A stretch of 64,000 bases of DNA from Octopus sinensis (taxonomy: Eukaryota). The notes below the pieces were generated by a model. It saw only the letters and a list, made by a program, of their open reading frames with translations, ran no database searches and was not told the DNA's origin. The stretch is taken from contig NC_043006.1 in the NCBI RefSeq assembly GCF_006345805.1, positions 88,102,001-88,166,000 of the forward strand. Reading direction: 5' to 3'. The stretch's first letter is position 1. Every line of letters begins with the position of its first letter. Shown in pieces: positions 52,651-64,000 of this stretch. The translations under genes and the position numbers were made by a program.

Positions 52651-55075
52651 ATATTACTAAGCAGATATTGCATGAACTGGTGAGAAACAGGGTAGATTAA
52701 TTTCACAGATTAAGCTTGGTAACCATGCTAATAAGTTCAAAGCTGGAATTGGTTTTCTGCCATACAGACTTTTGTAAATATGTATCTGCAACAAGCTGAG
52801 TGAGAATCTACCTACAATATATTTTTACTTTTACATAAAAGAACCAGAGAATAAAAGCAATATATATGTTTATACTTTAACATATGCAGTTTTGAAAATT
52901 CTTAATGTTTATTAAAATGATTTAATTATTAATCTTTTATTATTAACTGTATGTAATCAAATATATTCTATGAAACCCTTAAGGGAGCTTCTCCACACTT
53001 GCAAGATCTGCAAGAAATAGTAGTCATTTTTCCTTATCATTCAAGTCAAATTGCATTTATTATGGTAGCAATAGACAATTAATTGATCTGTTGATAGGTG
53101 TATCAGCTTCCCAGTACTCAGAACTTCATCATGATAACTATCGTTACCAGTCTTTAAAAAAGGAAGAACACATTGCACACTGTAATACTACATACATAAA
53201 AAACTGGAATAGTTTTGGTTTGAACATCTTTGATCATAGGTCTTTGCAATTAAAGGCGACTTGGGTTTAAACAATGACAAAGTTAATCCAATTCTCTTCC
53301 AGTGATCATTATAATTATTTTAACTATCATTGTTGTTGCACTGAGTTTAAATTTTGTATGCAATGCTGGCTTCACTTAGGCAGATTGGTGGAATAGTTAT
53401 CTTCCAATAGTTTCACAGTCAATTTGTATCAGTACATCTGTGATGTCTGACTAATATATCCTATCTCATAATCTCATTACTGCAGAAGACTTTTTCAATT
53501 ATCCATTTGACTGATCAACTTCTTAATTACAATGTTACAAACTGAGACAAAAAATTTTATAATTTTATTTTTAATAGCAAAGTTGATAAACTGGTGGATT
53601 GACAGAATTAGGTGTCATTAAAATGTTTTACGATATTTAGTTCTAGTTTCTTGCATTCAGTGTTCAAAATCTACTATGGTTAATTTTGCCTTTCATTGTT
53701 TGGAGGTTGATAAATTAAAATTTCAAAGTGGAGTAAATTCAATTGACTGAGACTGGTGTCATCCATGTATACCTAAAGTGCAAGACTTAAAAGACAATTG
53801 AACAACAAATAATGTTCAGGCACAATAGTCCACTTTGTGAAAGCCACACTTTGTTGATGAGATCAGAATGATATTAAACATGTCCACATTTGTTCCTTGT
53901 ACTTGTACCCTTATCAAAGCCTATATTATTTTTCTTCACTATATATTAATTTTCCAGTCAGTTTTTAATGCTCCATACAGTAGATATGCTAGTACTAATA
54001 TACTAATCGTAAGTTTAACTTTATTGAGTCTCATTTACTACCTTTGGTGCAACCGAAGCCATATATGATCTACAGAATTAATTTCTCACTAGTAGATTTA
54101 CAGCAGTAAGTGTACAGATTTAACTATACTTGACAGTAAATGAGCTTTACAATGAACCATCTAAGTGAATAACAGAAATTATCTGTACGAAAGATGATCT
54201 ATTATATACATCACACAAAAATCCATAACGCAGTCACCTGTAAGTGATTCACAAACAGTAGTATGGTAATTTTAGAAACTGAAAAACACAGCTTATAATT
54301 ATCACCAATAAGGTGGCTTTTCTTTTGTCAAAAAAGCAGTGAAGAATCCCCTACAAAAAAAAACAAAGTGCACTTTGAAGTATTGTACAGCCTAAAAACT
54401 CTCTTCTTTCAAACATCAGTCTGAACTTCTTGACTACATGGCAATGCATACACCAGAAGCTCACTAGAGTTTACTCTTCACTGCTTCTACAGTTTTTCTA
54501 AATTTCTTTCCAAAAAATGTAGTTGCTAAAAACAAAATACAAGTAGACATTTAACTAATCTATACATTTGCACATTAAAAAAATACCTATCCATAGAGAG
54601 AATAGCCTGCTTCCACAAGAATAACTTAATCTATCATCAATAAATTGTTATGCTGCATAACTGGGATCCTATGCAGAACTGAATAATGGAAGTTGTTTTC
54701 CTAAGGAGTGTCTTATCTATCTGCCAACTGAAAGAAAATGTCATTTCATCAAGCATAACTGTTTCAATCACACACTAACCGTAGTGTATGAGGAATGAAA
54801 GCTATAGTTAAAACAAAATATATATAAGCAGGGAAGTGAGAGAAATTCCAAAGAAAATCACTCAATACTTATAAAAAAAATAAATAAAGCAAAACAAAGG
54901 AAAGTGCACACATTACCATATGGTTAGGAGATTCACATATTTTTGGGTTTGATCTGACAGTGCAGTACCTTGAACAACTGTCTTCTACTGTAGTATCAGG
55001 TTAAACAATACTGTGTGTGTGAAATTTGATTGATAGAAGAGGGTAGAAAACTGTCATGTACACACACACATGTTC

Positions 55076-55235
55076 ATGCAGGCTTGGCAATGTGGATGCT
55101 TCCTAGTCACATGGTTTTAAGTTCAGTGCCACTACTGCATGGCACATTGGGTAAATATCTTCTACTATATCACAAAACCAGCCAAAGCTTTATGGGTAGA
55201 CATAGTAGACTGAAACTGAAGAAGCCCATCATATG
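55076..55235 (+). mobile_element. SINE family A head, diverged
   Basis: aagttcagtgcc, ggcacattgggtaaatatcttctactat, gactgaaactgaagaagccc. Confidence 0.6.
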
Positions 55236-55682
55236 TAAGTGTGTGCGTGTGTATGTGTGTGTGTGTGTGTGTGTGTGTTTGTGAGTGTATGCATATCTGT
55301 GTACATGTATGTGTAAACAATGGCTTCTTGCTGGTATTGTTTGCATCTAGTTTCTCACATAAAATATGTCCAGGCTGTTAGCTGTTTGATAGAGAGGGAT
55401 ATCATTACCTCATTTGGTAGTAAGTAGGGTTTAGTGATAACAAGGTCATCTGACCATAGAAAATCTCTTGCTTCAATGCACTTTCATTAAAACCATGGAA
55501 GCATGGAAAAATAGATATTAAAATAATGAGGAGGAGGATGTGTGTGTGTGTGACAAATGTGAAACAAAAGTGTCTAGTTATGATCTTTAACCATTAGTAC
55601 ATATAAGCTCTCACATTTTCACCATGCTTAGCAGCACAGTCTTGTTGAATCTTATGAGAAAGTATTAGGATGAGAATATAGC

Positions 55683-55927
55683 CAGGGCTGGCCTTAAGCC
55701 AATTGGACCGATTGCTTCCAGTTGGGCCCTGCACCAAAGGGAACACCATGCTCAAGAGGGCCACATTCTATACTGCAACATTTCATAAAAGTAATTTCCC
55801 TGAGGTCTTTTAAAAAAGTCTACAAGGTCTTTCAAAAAAGGGGGGAAAATACACTTTCTATACTTCAGCAACACAAGATATCAAAAGATAAATCAAATTC
55901 ATCCAAAATTGCTTGGGTCAGCCACTG
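55683..55927. mobile_element. Possible hAT-like MITE
   Basis: Imperfect terminal inverted repeats: cagggctggccttaag versus the reverse complement of cttgggtcagccactg. No convincing 8-bp TSD. Confidence 0.3.
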
Positions 55928-56146
55928 AATTTGAAGAAATTTATTGTATTTTTAGTGATGTAAATGTTTGGGAGTGTTTATGGGGATGTTTGGGTAAAAT
56001 ATTTGTGTATCTGTTAGAGTATGTATGTGGGTGAATTGTATGTATATATGTGTGTGTATGTTTGTGTGAGTCAATTTCTATAAATATGTTGAAGTTTGGG
56101 GAAAATTTTTTTATTTCAATAAAGTGTATTTTATATTTATATATTC

Positions 56147-56443
56147 TTTTACTTATTTCAGTCATTTGACTGTGGCCATGCTAGAGCACCACCTTTAGTT
56201 GAACAAACTGACCTTAGTACTTATTTTATCGGTCTCTTTTGCCAAACTGCTAAGTTACGGGGATGTAAATATTCAAACATCGGTTGTCAAGCGATGGTGG
56301 GGACAAACACAGACACACAAACATATATATATACGACAGGCTACTTTCAGTTTCCTCCTACCAAATCCACTCACAAGGCTTTGGTCAGCTCGAGGCTATA
56401 ATAGAAAACACTTGCCCAAGGTGCAACACAGTGGGTCTGAACC
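56147..56443 (-). mobile_element. Composite SINE, family A, 5'-truncated
   Basis: Collinear with 51603-51950. Confidence 0.75.
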
Positions 56444-56640
56444 AGAAAAAATACACATTACATACAGATCTTATCTCTGTATGTTTATATATTCTTCACT
56501 TGTCCTGTGTATCTTTTATTTAGTTTTGTAATCAAACGCCATGCAACTTGTCCACTGCATATATATATATATATATAGATATATATATATATATATATAT
56601 AGATATATATATATATATATAGATATATATATATATATAT

Positions 56641-57211
56641 AGGGTGCGTAAGGTATTTGAGGCATTTTTTGCTAACTCTTTATAATCTTTCTTTCAGAAA
56701 ATAGTAATGGCAGACCATCAGCTTACTCAAGAAATGAAGAGGCATGCTGTTATTGTGGTTATAAAGGCTGAGTATAGTGATTTAGAAATATCTCAATTTT
56801 TAAAAGTTGCCAGATCTTTCATCTACAAAGTTCGTAAGGAATTAGAGACTGAAGATGGAAACATATCACCAGTATCAAAGCATAAAAAGCATTCTAAATG
56901 CTCTGAAATCATCAGAACACCTGAATTTATCCAGCAAGTTCAACAGACCATTAACTACAATTGCAAAAAGTCCATGGGGTCAATTGCAAAAGATCTCCAT
57001 GTGTCAGAAGGATCAGTCAGAAATGTTGTTCACGAAGGCATCAGATATAAGTCTTATATGATGGGGCAAGGTCAATTTGTCAGAAAAAGCAAAAGAAATT
57101 CACTACATCAGATCTAAAAGGTTCTTAAACAAACTGAAAAATCCAGCAGAAGATTTGATTTGGTTTTTTTCAAACGAGAAAAACTTCGACCAAGATCAAA
57201 CAATTAACAAT
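56641..57211 (+). mobile_element. Tc1/mariner superfamily, maT (DD37D)-like transposon 5' portion
   Basis: Starts (TA)n|agggtg. ORF 56707-57117 encodes a paired-like HTH (KRHAVIVVIKA...EISQFLKVARSFIYKVRKEL...IRTPEFI...SMGSIAKDLHVSEGSVRNVV). After a frameshift it reads LNKLKNPAEDLIWFFSNEKNFDQDQ (first catalytic D changed to N). Confidence 0.75.
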
Positions 57212-57391
57212 TTATATATTTTTATAATTTTATAGACCTTGGTGCAAGTTGACTTGGAACCTAGGGTCCACCAAAATTGTTCCCAATTAGGCCACACACC
57301 TCCTGAGACTGGCCCTAGATATAACAGCCATTTTGTGTGTGTGTGTGTGTGGGTGCATGCGCGCGTATGTGTGTGTTGTGTGTGTGTGTGT

Positions 57392-57446
<55 letters not shown>

Positions 57447-58792
57447 ACGTGTGTATTCCACTATAAAACAGTGAGTGTTAAGTTGCATCCATTTACTCAA
57501 GAAAGGTAACGTGGCCAATAAATAAATATCAGTAAAATAAACATCAGAGTTGATATGATAGACTAAAACACTTGATGGTGATGTCCTGATATGGACTCAC
57601 TCCAATAGCTGGAATTAGTAAAAGAATATAAACAAAGAAGTATTTGCTTCAATTTAACTCAAACTCGTTGACATGGACATGTAGAAAAGTCAAAAACATT
57701 TAATGGTTATAGTATTCGTTTATACACCATATAGCTTTCATCTTGACTTCATAGTCATTTTATTTCATATTTAGAGTATGCCAAATGCTTGAAAAATCAT
57801 AAAGAGAAATTCATAATCAATGCTATTCAGTTAATTTGAAATTAGTATTCATAGTTAATTAATTACACAACTCACTATTATGAAGTCATTTTCTTCCAGA
57901 CACTTAATTTTTTTGGTTTATTTTACTCTTTTAACGTTCCACCCACCCATTCAACAATAATAAATGGAATATAAAAATAAAATATACAAAATCTAAAAGT
58001 TAATCATTCATTATTACTTTCATACATGTGTCATGACTTGAAAAAGAAAATTAACAGAAGATTTTACTGGAAGTACTGAATGGTTCTATGAAAAAAAATA
58101 TATATATATCTTGAACCAATATGGCTGTTACATTATTTATTTATTCATTTACTTCATTGGATGCAGTGAGGTTATAGTGCTAAGTATGCTGAGGAAGTGA
58201 GAACTTATATACTGATTGCTAAAGATCATGACAAGATTATTCATTTCACTGCTGTCATATCTAATTTTTTCAAATATTTTTTGCTCTTTCTTTATCTTTG
58301 TTTTCTGGAATAATCCATCTATGATTTTAATAATTTATATTGCAGTAGTTACCAACTTGAAATATTATTTTCAGTAAATAATCATGTATTTAGTGATATA
58401 GCTAGAAGTATAATGGTTCTCTCAATTACTGATGTCATAAGTTGCTACTGCTCTGGCATTTTACATTTAGATAATACGTATTCTATTGGAGTATTGGACT
58501 CAAGTGTTGTGGATCTGAAACAATGTTAGAGGACAATAATAAATATTCACAGTATCCAGCTCAGCTTCACAGTTAGCTTTCAGTTTTAATCAGAGCTGTG
58601 AAGCTGAATTCGCCTTTCATTCTTCATGGGTTATGCAAATTGTTTATAGCCATTTTCCTCTGCAATACATAAGACATCCTTTTTATGTTAGCCTGAATTT
58701 TTACTTTAATTTTTATTTTAATGGTTTTATTTGTACAAAGTGTCCATGACTGTGACTTCAAAGGTCCCCCAAGATCAATGAGATAGTTATGA

Positions 58793-59479
58793 TTGAAGTC
58801 TTGAAAAATTGCAAGTTGCTGATTGAGATAAAAGACCTAGGAGTGCCTGTGGGTGGGTAAACATAATGATGGCAAGAGGAAGAAAGGCAAGTGAGTAGAT
58901 GGATCTTGGTGGAAGTGGTAGGAGACCAGCTAGATACAAGAAGCAGATGCCACTCTAGTAGTGAGGTGAAAGCACATCTATGAACTAGAGGCTTAGATGT
59001 GTTAGTAAGTAGCTGTATGCAAATCAGTCTATGATTCTTTTCTAACAACACAGATAACTAGCTATAATGCTGTCATTCTAACACTTCAAACCAGTATCTG
59101 AATCTACAGGACCCTATAACTATCTTGGTATGTCAAACTATGTTGGTATGGAAATATACGAATTAAAACAACTGGAAAACAAATAAACAGTAGTTATAGG
59201 GTCCTATAGATTCTGATACTGGTTTGAATTGTTAGAATGACAGCATCCTAGCTAGTTATCTGATTTGCATGCAGCTACTCACAAACACACTTAAGCCTCT
59301 AGTTCATAGATGTGCTTTCACCTCACTACTAGAGTGGCATTTACTTCTTGGATCTAGCTGGTCACCTACCACTTCCACCTAGATCCATCTACTCACTTGC
59401 CTTCCTTCCTCTTGACACCCTTATGTCTGCCCAAAGGCTTTTACCTCAATCAGCAACTTGCAGTTTTTTAAGACTTCAA
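58793..59479. repeat. Long imperfect inverted repeat (arms 58793-59122 and 59191-59479; 68-bp loop)
   Basis: Outer ttgaagtcttgaaaaattgcaagttgctgattgag versus ctcaatcagcaacttgcagttttttaagacttcaa; inner ggaccctataacta versus tagttatagggtcc. The arms differ by substitutions and a few indels. Confidence 0.9.
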
Positions 59480-59644
59480 ATAAATAATACTGTGTCCATG
59501 TTTATATACACATGTATGTGACTGGTGGACTCAATACATAACCCAGATATTTTTCAAACAGTTTTTACAATACTCCAGCTTGACATTATTTTACAATAAT
59601 GACATTTCTGTTCCATATTTAAGAGATGAGGAATTATGTACATT

Positions 59645-60686
59645 TCGACAGAGCGTTAGTACCTTGAGAGAAATGTTGTACCTAAGAAGCATCAGTTGTG
59701 GTGTGCAAGAGAGACGATTGCGCTGGTATGGTCATGTGGCGAGAATGGATGAAGATAGGTGTGTGAGAAAGTGCCAATCCCTAGCAGTTGAGGGAACCCG
59801 TGGAAGAGGTAGACCCAGGAAAACCTGGGACGAGGTGGTGAAGCACGACCTTCGGACGTTAGGTCTCACCATGGAAATGACTAGAGACCGAGACCTATGG
59901 AAGTATGCTGTGCGTGAGAAGACCCGGCAAGACTAGTGAAGCCATAACCCGTGGCCCCTACCTGGGACGTAGTCAGTCCTCCTGTGCATACCTTCCTTCT
60001 TGTGACACTTGTGAAGACCTGTTGAGGCAAGTGAAAATCAAATCAAATCAAATCAAACCAAAATAGATGAACATCAATGGAATTTGTATCCTTGTGGTAC
60101 CAGTGCCGGTGGCACATAAGAAAACCATCCGAACGTGACCGTAGCCAGTACCGCATCGACTGGCCTCCGTGCTGAGGGCACGTAACAAACACCATCCGAG
60201 CGTGGCCGTTCGCCAGCCTCGTCTGGCACCTGTGTCAGTGACACATAAGAAAACACCATCCGAGCGTGGCCATCTGCCAGCCTCGTCTGGCACCTGTGTC
60301 GGTGGCACATAAAAAACACCATCCGAGCGTGGCCGTCTGCCAGCCTTGTCTGGCACCTGTGTCAGTGGCACATAAAAAACACCATCCGAGCGTGGCCGTC
60401 TGCCAGCCTTGTCTGGCACCTGTGTCAGTGGCACATAAAAAACACCATCCGAGCGTGGCTGTCTGCCAGCCTCGTCTGGCACCTGTGTTGGTGGCACATA
60501 AAATCACCCACTACACTCCCGGAGTGGTTGGCGTTAGGAAGAGCATCCAGCTGTAGAAACACTGCCAGATCTGACTGGCCTGGTGCAGCCTTTGGGCTTG
60601 CCAGACCCCAGTTGAACCGTCCAACCCATGCTAGCATGGAAAGCGGACGTTAAACGATGATGATGATGATGATGATGATGATGGTT
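59645..60686 (+). mobile_element. 5'-truncated RTE LINE (family 1) with a 6-bp TSD
   Basis: Intact C-terminus RQSVSTLREML...RRLRWYGHVARMDED...VEGTRGRGRPRKTWDEVV...DRDLWKYAVREKTRQD* (stop 59934-59936), UTR and (GAT)n tail. TACATT at 59639-59644 and 60687-60692. Confidence 0.92.
60188..60502. repeat. 63-bp tandem repeat x5 inside the RTE 3' UTR
   Basis: Unit approximately aaacaccatccgagcgtggccgtctgccagcctcgtctggcacctgtgtcagtggcacataaa. The 21-aa periodicity is visible in ORF 60048..60497; a diverged sixth unit lies at about 60120-60187. Confidence 0.9.
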
Positions 60687-60742
60687 TACATTATTTACAA
60701 TTGATGGATATTTGTCCTCATCTTGTTTGTTGTTAACACAAT

Positions 60743-60775
60743 GTTTTGGCTGATATAACCGCCAGCCTTCATCAG
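60743..60775 (-). ncRNA. Hammerhead-ribozyme-like core (probably inactive)
   Basis: Minus strand CTGATGA-A-GGCTG-gcggttatat-CAGCC-AAAAC. The G of GAAAC is replaced by A, and stems I/III are not clearly formed. Confidence 0.35.
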
Positions 60776-60836
60776 ATGTCTTGGGGAAATTTTGAACCTG
60801 AGTTCTCATTCCAAAGGTATTTGTTGTTGTTGTTGT

Positions 60837-60922
<86 letters not shown>

Positions 60923-60931
60923 TCACTCCTG

Positions 60932-61293
60932 CAAGTAAAACCACGAACAGAAGAGAATATGACTAAGAACTGCGTGTACTCCATCCCATGCAGCTGTGGT
61001 AGGTTATACAAAGGCGAAACAAGCTGCCCCCTCAAAATATAGATAGAGGAATATCGCAAAGCTGTGATACAGGGAGATATTGGTAAATCGGGTATAGCTG
61101 ATCATGTATGGAAAAATGGAAATCATCTCCCCCTGTGGGATGAAGTTAAAATAATAGAAAGAGAACACCACCAAAAATACGAAAACTAAAAGAAGCAGCG
61201 CATATGCTAGGACACAACAACTTCCTAAGCAGACAGAGTGCCGATATGACCGGGATATGGTAACTGGTATTAGGGAAGGATAGAGAACGTTAA
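60932..61293 (+). pseudogene. Penelope-like element GIY-YIG endonuclease C-terminal fragment
   Basis: NCVYSIPCSCGRLYKGETSCPLKI*IEEY...SGIADHVWKNGNHLPLWDEVKIIEREH/KIRKLKEAAHM... has the PLE CCHH-containing GIY-YIG pattern. Stops at 61040-61042 and 61261-61263; frameshift near 61170. Confidence 0.85.
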
Positions 61294-61330
61294 ATTTATA
61301 AGCCCTAAAATTCATTCCATAATTGCCCAC

Positions 61331-61405
61331 GGGCATATGGCGTAGTGGTTAAGAGTGCAGGCTACTAACCCCAAGATTCCAATTTCAATTCCAGGCAGTG
61401 ACCTG
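61331..61405 (+). promoter_or_regulatory. tRNA-derived Pol III-type module downstream of the GIY-YIG ORF
   Basis: Perfect A-box TGGCGTAGTGG (61338-61348) and degenerate B-box (atttcaattcc, about 61382-61392), followed by (AAT)n(AAC)n. It is not a foldable tRNA gene. Confidence 0.55.
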
Positions 61406-62141
61406 AATAATAATAATAATAACAACAACAACATCAAATAATATAAAAGTGAGTATGTTTCTATTTTGTTTTGGGGATTTTTTTTCACCTTTTATGATAA
61501 ACTAGAAGCTGAAAAGACAGGTGAAATATAGCATAAAGTATACAAGCTAATATATGAAACTGAATATTCAACTAACTATAATTTGAATTTTTATTAACTC
61601 AAAAGGAAAACAACTTTAATTGAATTTTAGTAATAGTTCTGAGATAAGGTATTATGCAAGAAATAATTAGTTGGGCAATAATTTTCATCTTGTGCTATAT
61701 AAAAAGTGCATATTAATTGCATAATGTTTTAATTTGTAGACTGATTATCTTATGACACTACATAGAGGAAAGGAAAGTGATAAACATATTAAAATCCCTT
61801 ACTTGTTGGTTTTAGATTTATAAAAAAATAACTATAAAAATTTATAAAGGAAGTTTTTGTCTACTAATTGCTTGGATATTCTCAGTTGATCGAAGATTTT
61901 CAACACACTATATTACACATGTAAAACTCTATCATAATTGTACTTTGTGTGCAAAATGCTCTTTTCTAGTATTTTTACTCAGTCATTGTTAATACCAGAA
62001 AAGACAAAGAAGATGGCCACAACTTCAGTAATGTCATCAAAGTGACACAAAGAATGTTCTTATTGACTGACTTCCTCAAGATCAATGCTTTTGCACCAGG
62101 AAAAGGAACCCCCATCACCAATAGTTTGATTTATGAGTGCG

Positions 62142-62179
<38 letters not shown>

Positions 62180-62311
62180 CGTCAGTTCTTATATTTGAAA
62201 AGAATCACTCACTAAAATATTAGAGTAGTTATATTTAGAAGGTTGATTCTTATGACCAGTTACAGAGTGACCATTGATTTTGCAACTATAAAGTGCATAG
62301 CTCCATGGTTA

Positions 62312-62415
62312 GAGTATCAGGTTCACAATCGCAAGAGGGTGAGTTCAATTTTTGGACCAGGCTGTATATTGTGTTCTGGAGCAAGACACTTTGTTTCACA
62401 TTGCTCCAGTTTTGG
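62312..62415 (+). mobile_element. SINE family D head, truncated
   Basis: ggttagagtatcaggttcacaatcgcaagagggtgagttcaatt...gagcaagacactttgtttcacattgctccag, similar to 42570-42690 (minus strand). Confidence 0.5.
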
Positions 62416-62519
62416 GATGGTTGAATGTACTTCAATTCCTTTTCTCCATGTCCTTTTTTACCCCTATTATTTAAACAATCTATTTTTTAAATCAGCTATC
62501 ATCATTCTTTTGAAAAATG

Positions 62520-62960
62520 AATAATTTTTGTTTCATTTGAGTAGAAAATTGTAGATGGAAATGTGCTCCATTAAAATGATTTCCGTTAAATTATGAGGCA
62601 CCAAACATTATAATGATTCACATAGACAAGTGTTTTCAAATATATTTTAACACTCATATGAGGTGTATGGAGTATCTCTGCACTGTCTAACATTGTGTGA
62701 CCATGATTATTTTTGATTAAAGTCTCGTTTTGGTCACTATCAATGACTATAGACCTGCCCGAACATGCACGGTCTTTCCGATCAAAATTTTTCAAGTGAA
62801 CCACTTGTGAATAGTACTGTTAGCTATGGTACCAGCTCCATAAAACGCACATATCTTCTTTGTTGCTTGTGCAGTATTATTTTCCTTTCAGGAAATAAAA
62901 GTGCATCAAAAGATGAAAATACATCGCCTTTCACTCCATTTTCAATTTTATCCTATGCTT
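62520..62960 (-). mobile_element. Mariner transposase N-terminal relic
   Basis: From the ATG at 62939: ME*KAMYFHLLMHFYFLKGK/TAQATKKICAFYG...KWF/DRACSGRS...LKTLVYV..YNVW/PHNLTE (frameshifted WVPHxL). Confidence 0.75.
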
Positions 62961-63034
62961 CTGTCACATGATCAACTAAGCACACATATTTATATACACA
63001 CGCATATACATCACACACACACACACACACTCAC

Positions 63035-63205
63035 AAACGTATACAGTGGACTACTGCACAGTTTTATTAACCAGATTCATTCACAAGGTATCGGTCAGCT
63101 TAGGACTACAATAAGAGACACTAACCCAACATGCCAAACAAAGGACTGAACCCAAAACCATGTGATTGCAAAGTGAATTTCTTAGCCACATAGCCGTGCT
63201 TGTGC
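63035..63205 (-). mobile_element. SINE family A head, diverged
   Basis: ccagattcattcacaagg...ggactgaacccaaaaccatgtg...cttagccacatagcc. Confidence 0.6.
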
Positions 63206-64000
63206 TTATATCTCATTAGCATTATTTGCTGGTTAAAATCAAATATTAATTATCTATTTTAACAATGCATGCATACTCCGACATGAACCTAAATATACTC
63301 TATTTAATTGCTGTATGGTGCTTAATTTTAAAAATACAGATATTTATAACTTTCCATCTCATTTTTAGTGAAACAAATGAATGTTGCTATCCTTAACTTT
63401 TCTGATACCAACCTGCCTATGACCCCACCCACAATAATTCTAAGATACAAACATCCTGTTTTATCATAATCTAAATTAAAATTTTCCATCAAAATTTCCT
63501 GTTATTTTATATTTCAAATACCAGCTTTATAATGACAAAGTTATTTAAGTAAATTCTTTCTCTTCAAAATAATTGAAACAAAGGCAAGTGTATTTCTACA
63601 TATATATGGTAACAAAAATGGTTAAAAGGTTAGAAAGTACTGCTAGAGGTCAGGAATTCATATTCTACTGCATATATTTTGATGGTAATGTTACTTAATT
63701 CTATTTGCCCAAAATACAGTAAGGTATGAGAAAGCATATATTCATTTGAATTAAGAGTGAATTGCAGTATCAGTGTTGTAGCTGTGTGATGGCTTACAAG
63801 TTCACATCACACAGTAGGCATGATGCAATGCCCATGAGAACGTCATGTAACTATGATTATTGTCAATTACTTAATTTAATAATCTATGAAGAAATTATTA
63901 TTGAATTTGAAATATCAAAGAGTGGTTAGTAATTGGCAGATATCTTTGAGGAAGCAGAGATTGGGAGTAGCAAGATTTTATAGAATGAACTTCAAAGCTG

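Larger units (their letters stand above)
59615..60927 (-). mobile_element. Inverted copy of the Penelope-like 3' terminal region, split by the RTE insertion
   Basis: Rejoining 59615-59644 to 60693-60927 gives a continuous sequence. It begins on the minus strand with agtgacctg(AAT)n(AAC)n, the same as the forward copy at 61397-61433. Confidence 0.6.

Noticed and set aside
55683-57318. One large hAT-like element bounded by cagggctggcc and ctggccctag
   Set aside because: Terminal identity is only about 9/14 with no TSD; the left end pairs at least as well with 55912-55927.
60120-60502. Tandem array as a CRISPR-like locus
   Set aside because: The units are contiguous with no unique spacers, lie in a eukaryotic LINE UTR, and have no cas genes.
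61331-61405. Functional tRNA gene
   Set aside because: The B-box/T-arm is degenerate and there is no acceptor stem or T-run terminator; the SINE heads at 28073, 42631 and 62312 were rejected for the same reasons.

Overview
AT-rich eukaryotic (metazoan) DNA, roughly one-third GC by eye, made almost entirely of microsatellites and transposable-element debris. The mix of tRNA-derived SINEs, RTE LINEs with (GAT)n tails and very long (TA)/(TACA) arrays looks like an octopus/cephalopod genome (inference, not proven). I could not identify any host protein-coding gene, rRNA, true tRNA gene or CRISPR array. Most long ORFs in the track (YIYI.../MYVC... types) are microsatellite artefacts. Recognisable elements: many RTE-clade LINE fragments in two 3'-UTR types; a HERO-like RLE 3' end (8.6-9.0 kb); a Gypsy integrase relic (12.3 kb); CR1/L2-group relics; a young Tx1/L1-clade 3' fragment abutting the right half of a Chapaev-type (CMC) DNA transposon (24.5-26.1 kb); three mariner fragments; one maT/DD37D-like fragment; a tandemly duplicated R4/NeSL-like RLE 3' end inside a (TACA)n array; and a Penelope-like GIY-YIG element (59.6-61.4 kb). 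The Penelope-like element has a tRNA-like Pol III module, a hammerhead-like core and an inverted terminal copy split by an RTE insertion with a 6-bp TSD. There are four fold-back structures, including a perfect 206-bp palindrome at 50494-50699. One SINE variant shares its 3' tail with the Tx1-like element. All family assignments come from motif recognition by eye; no database searches were run.
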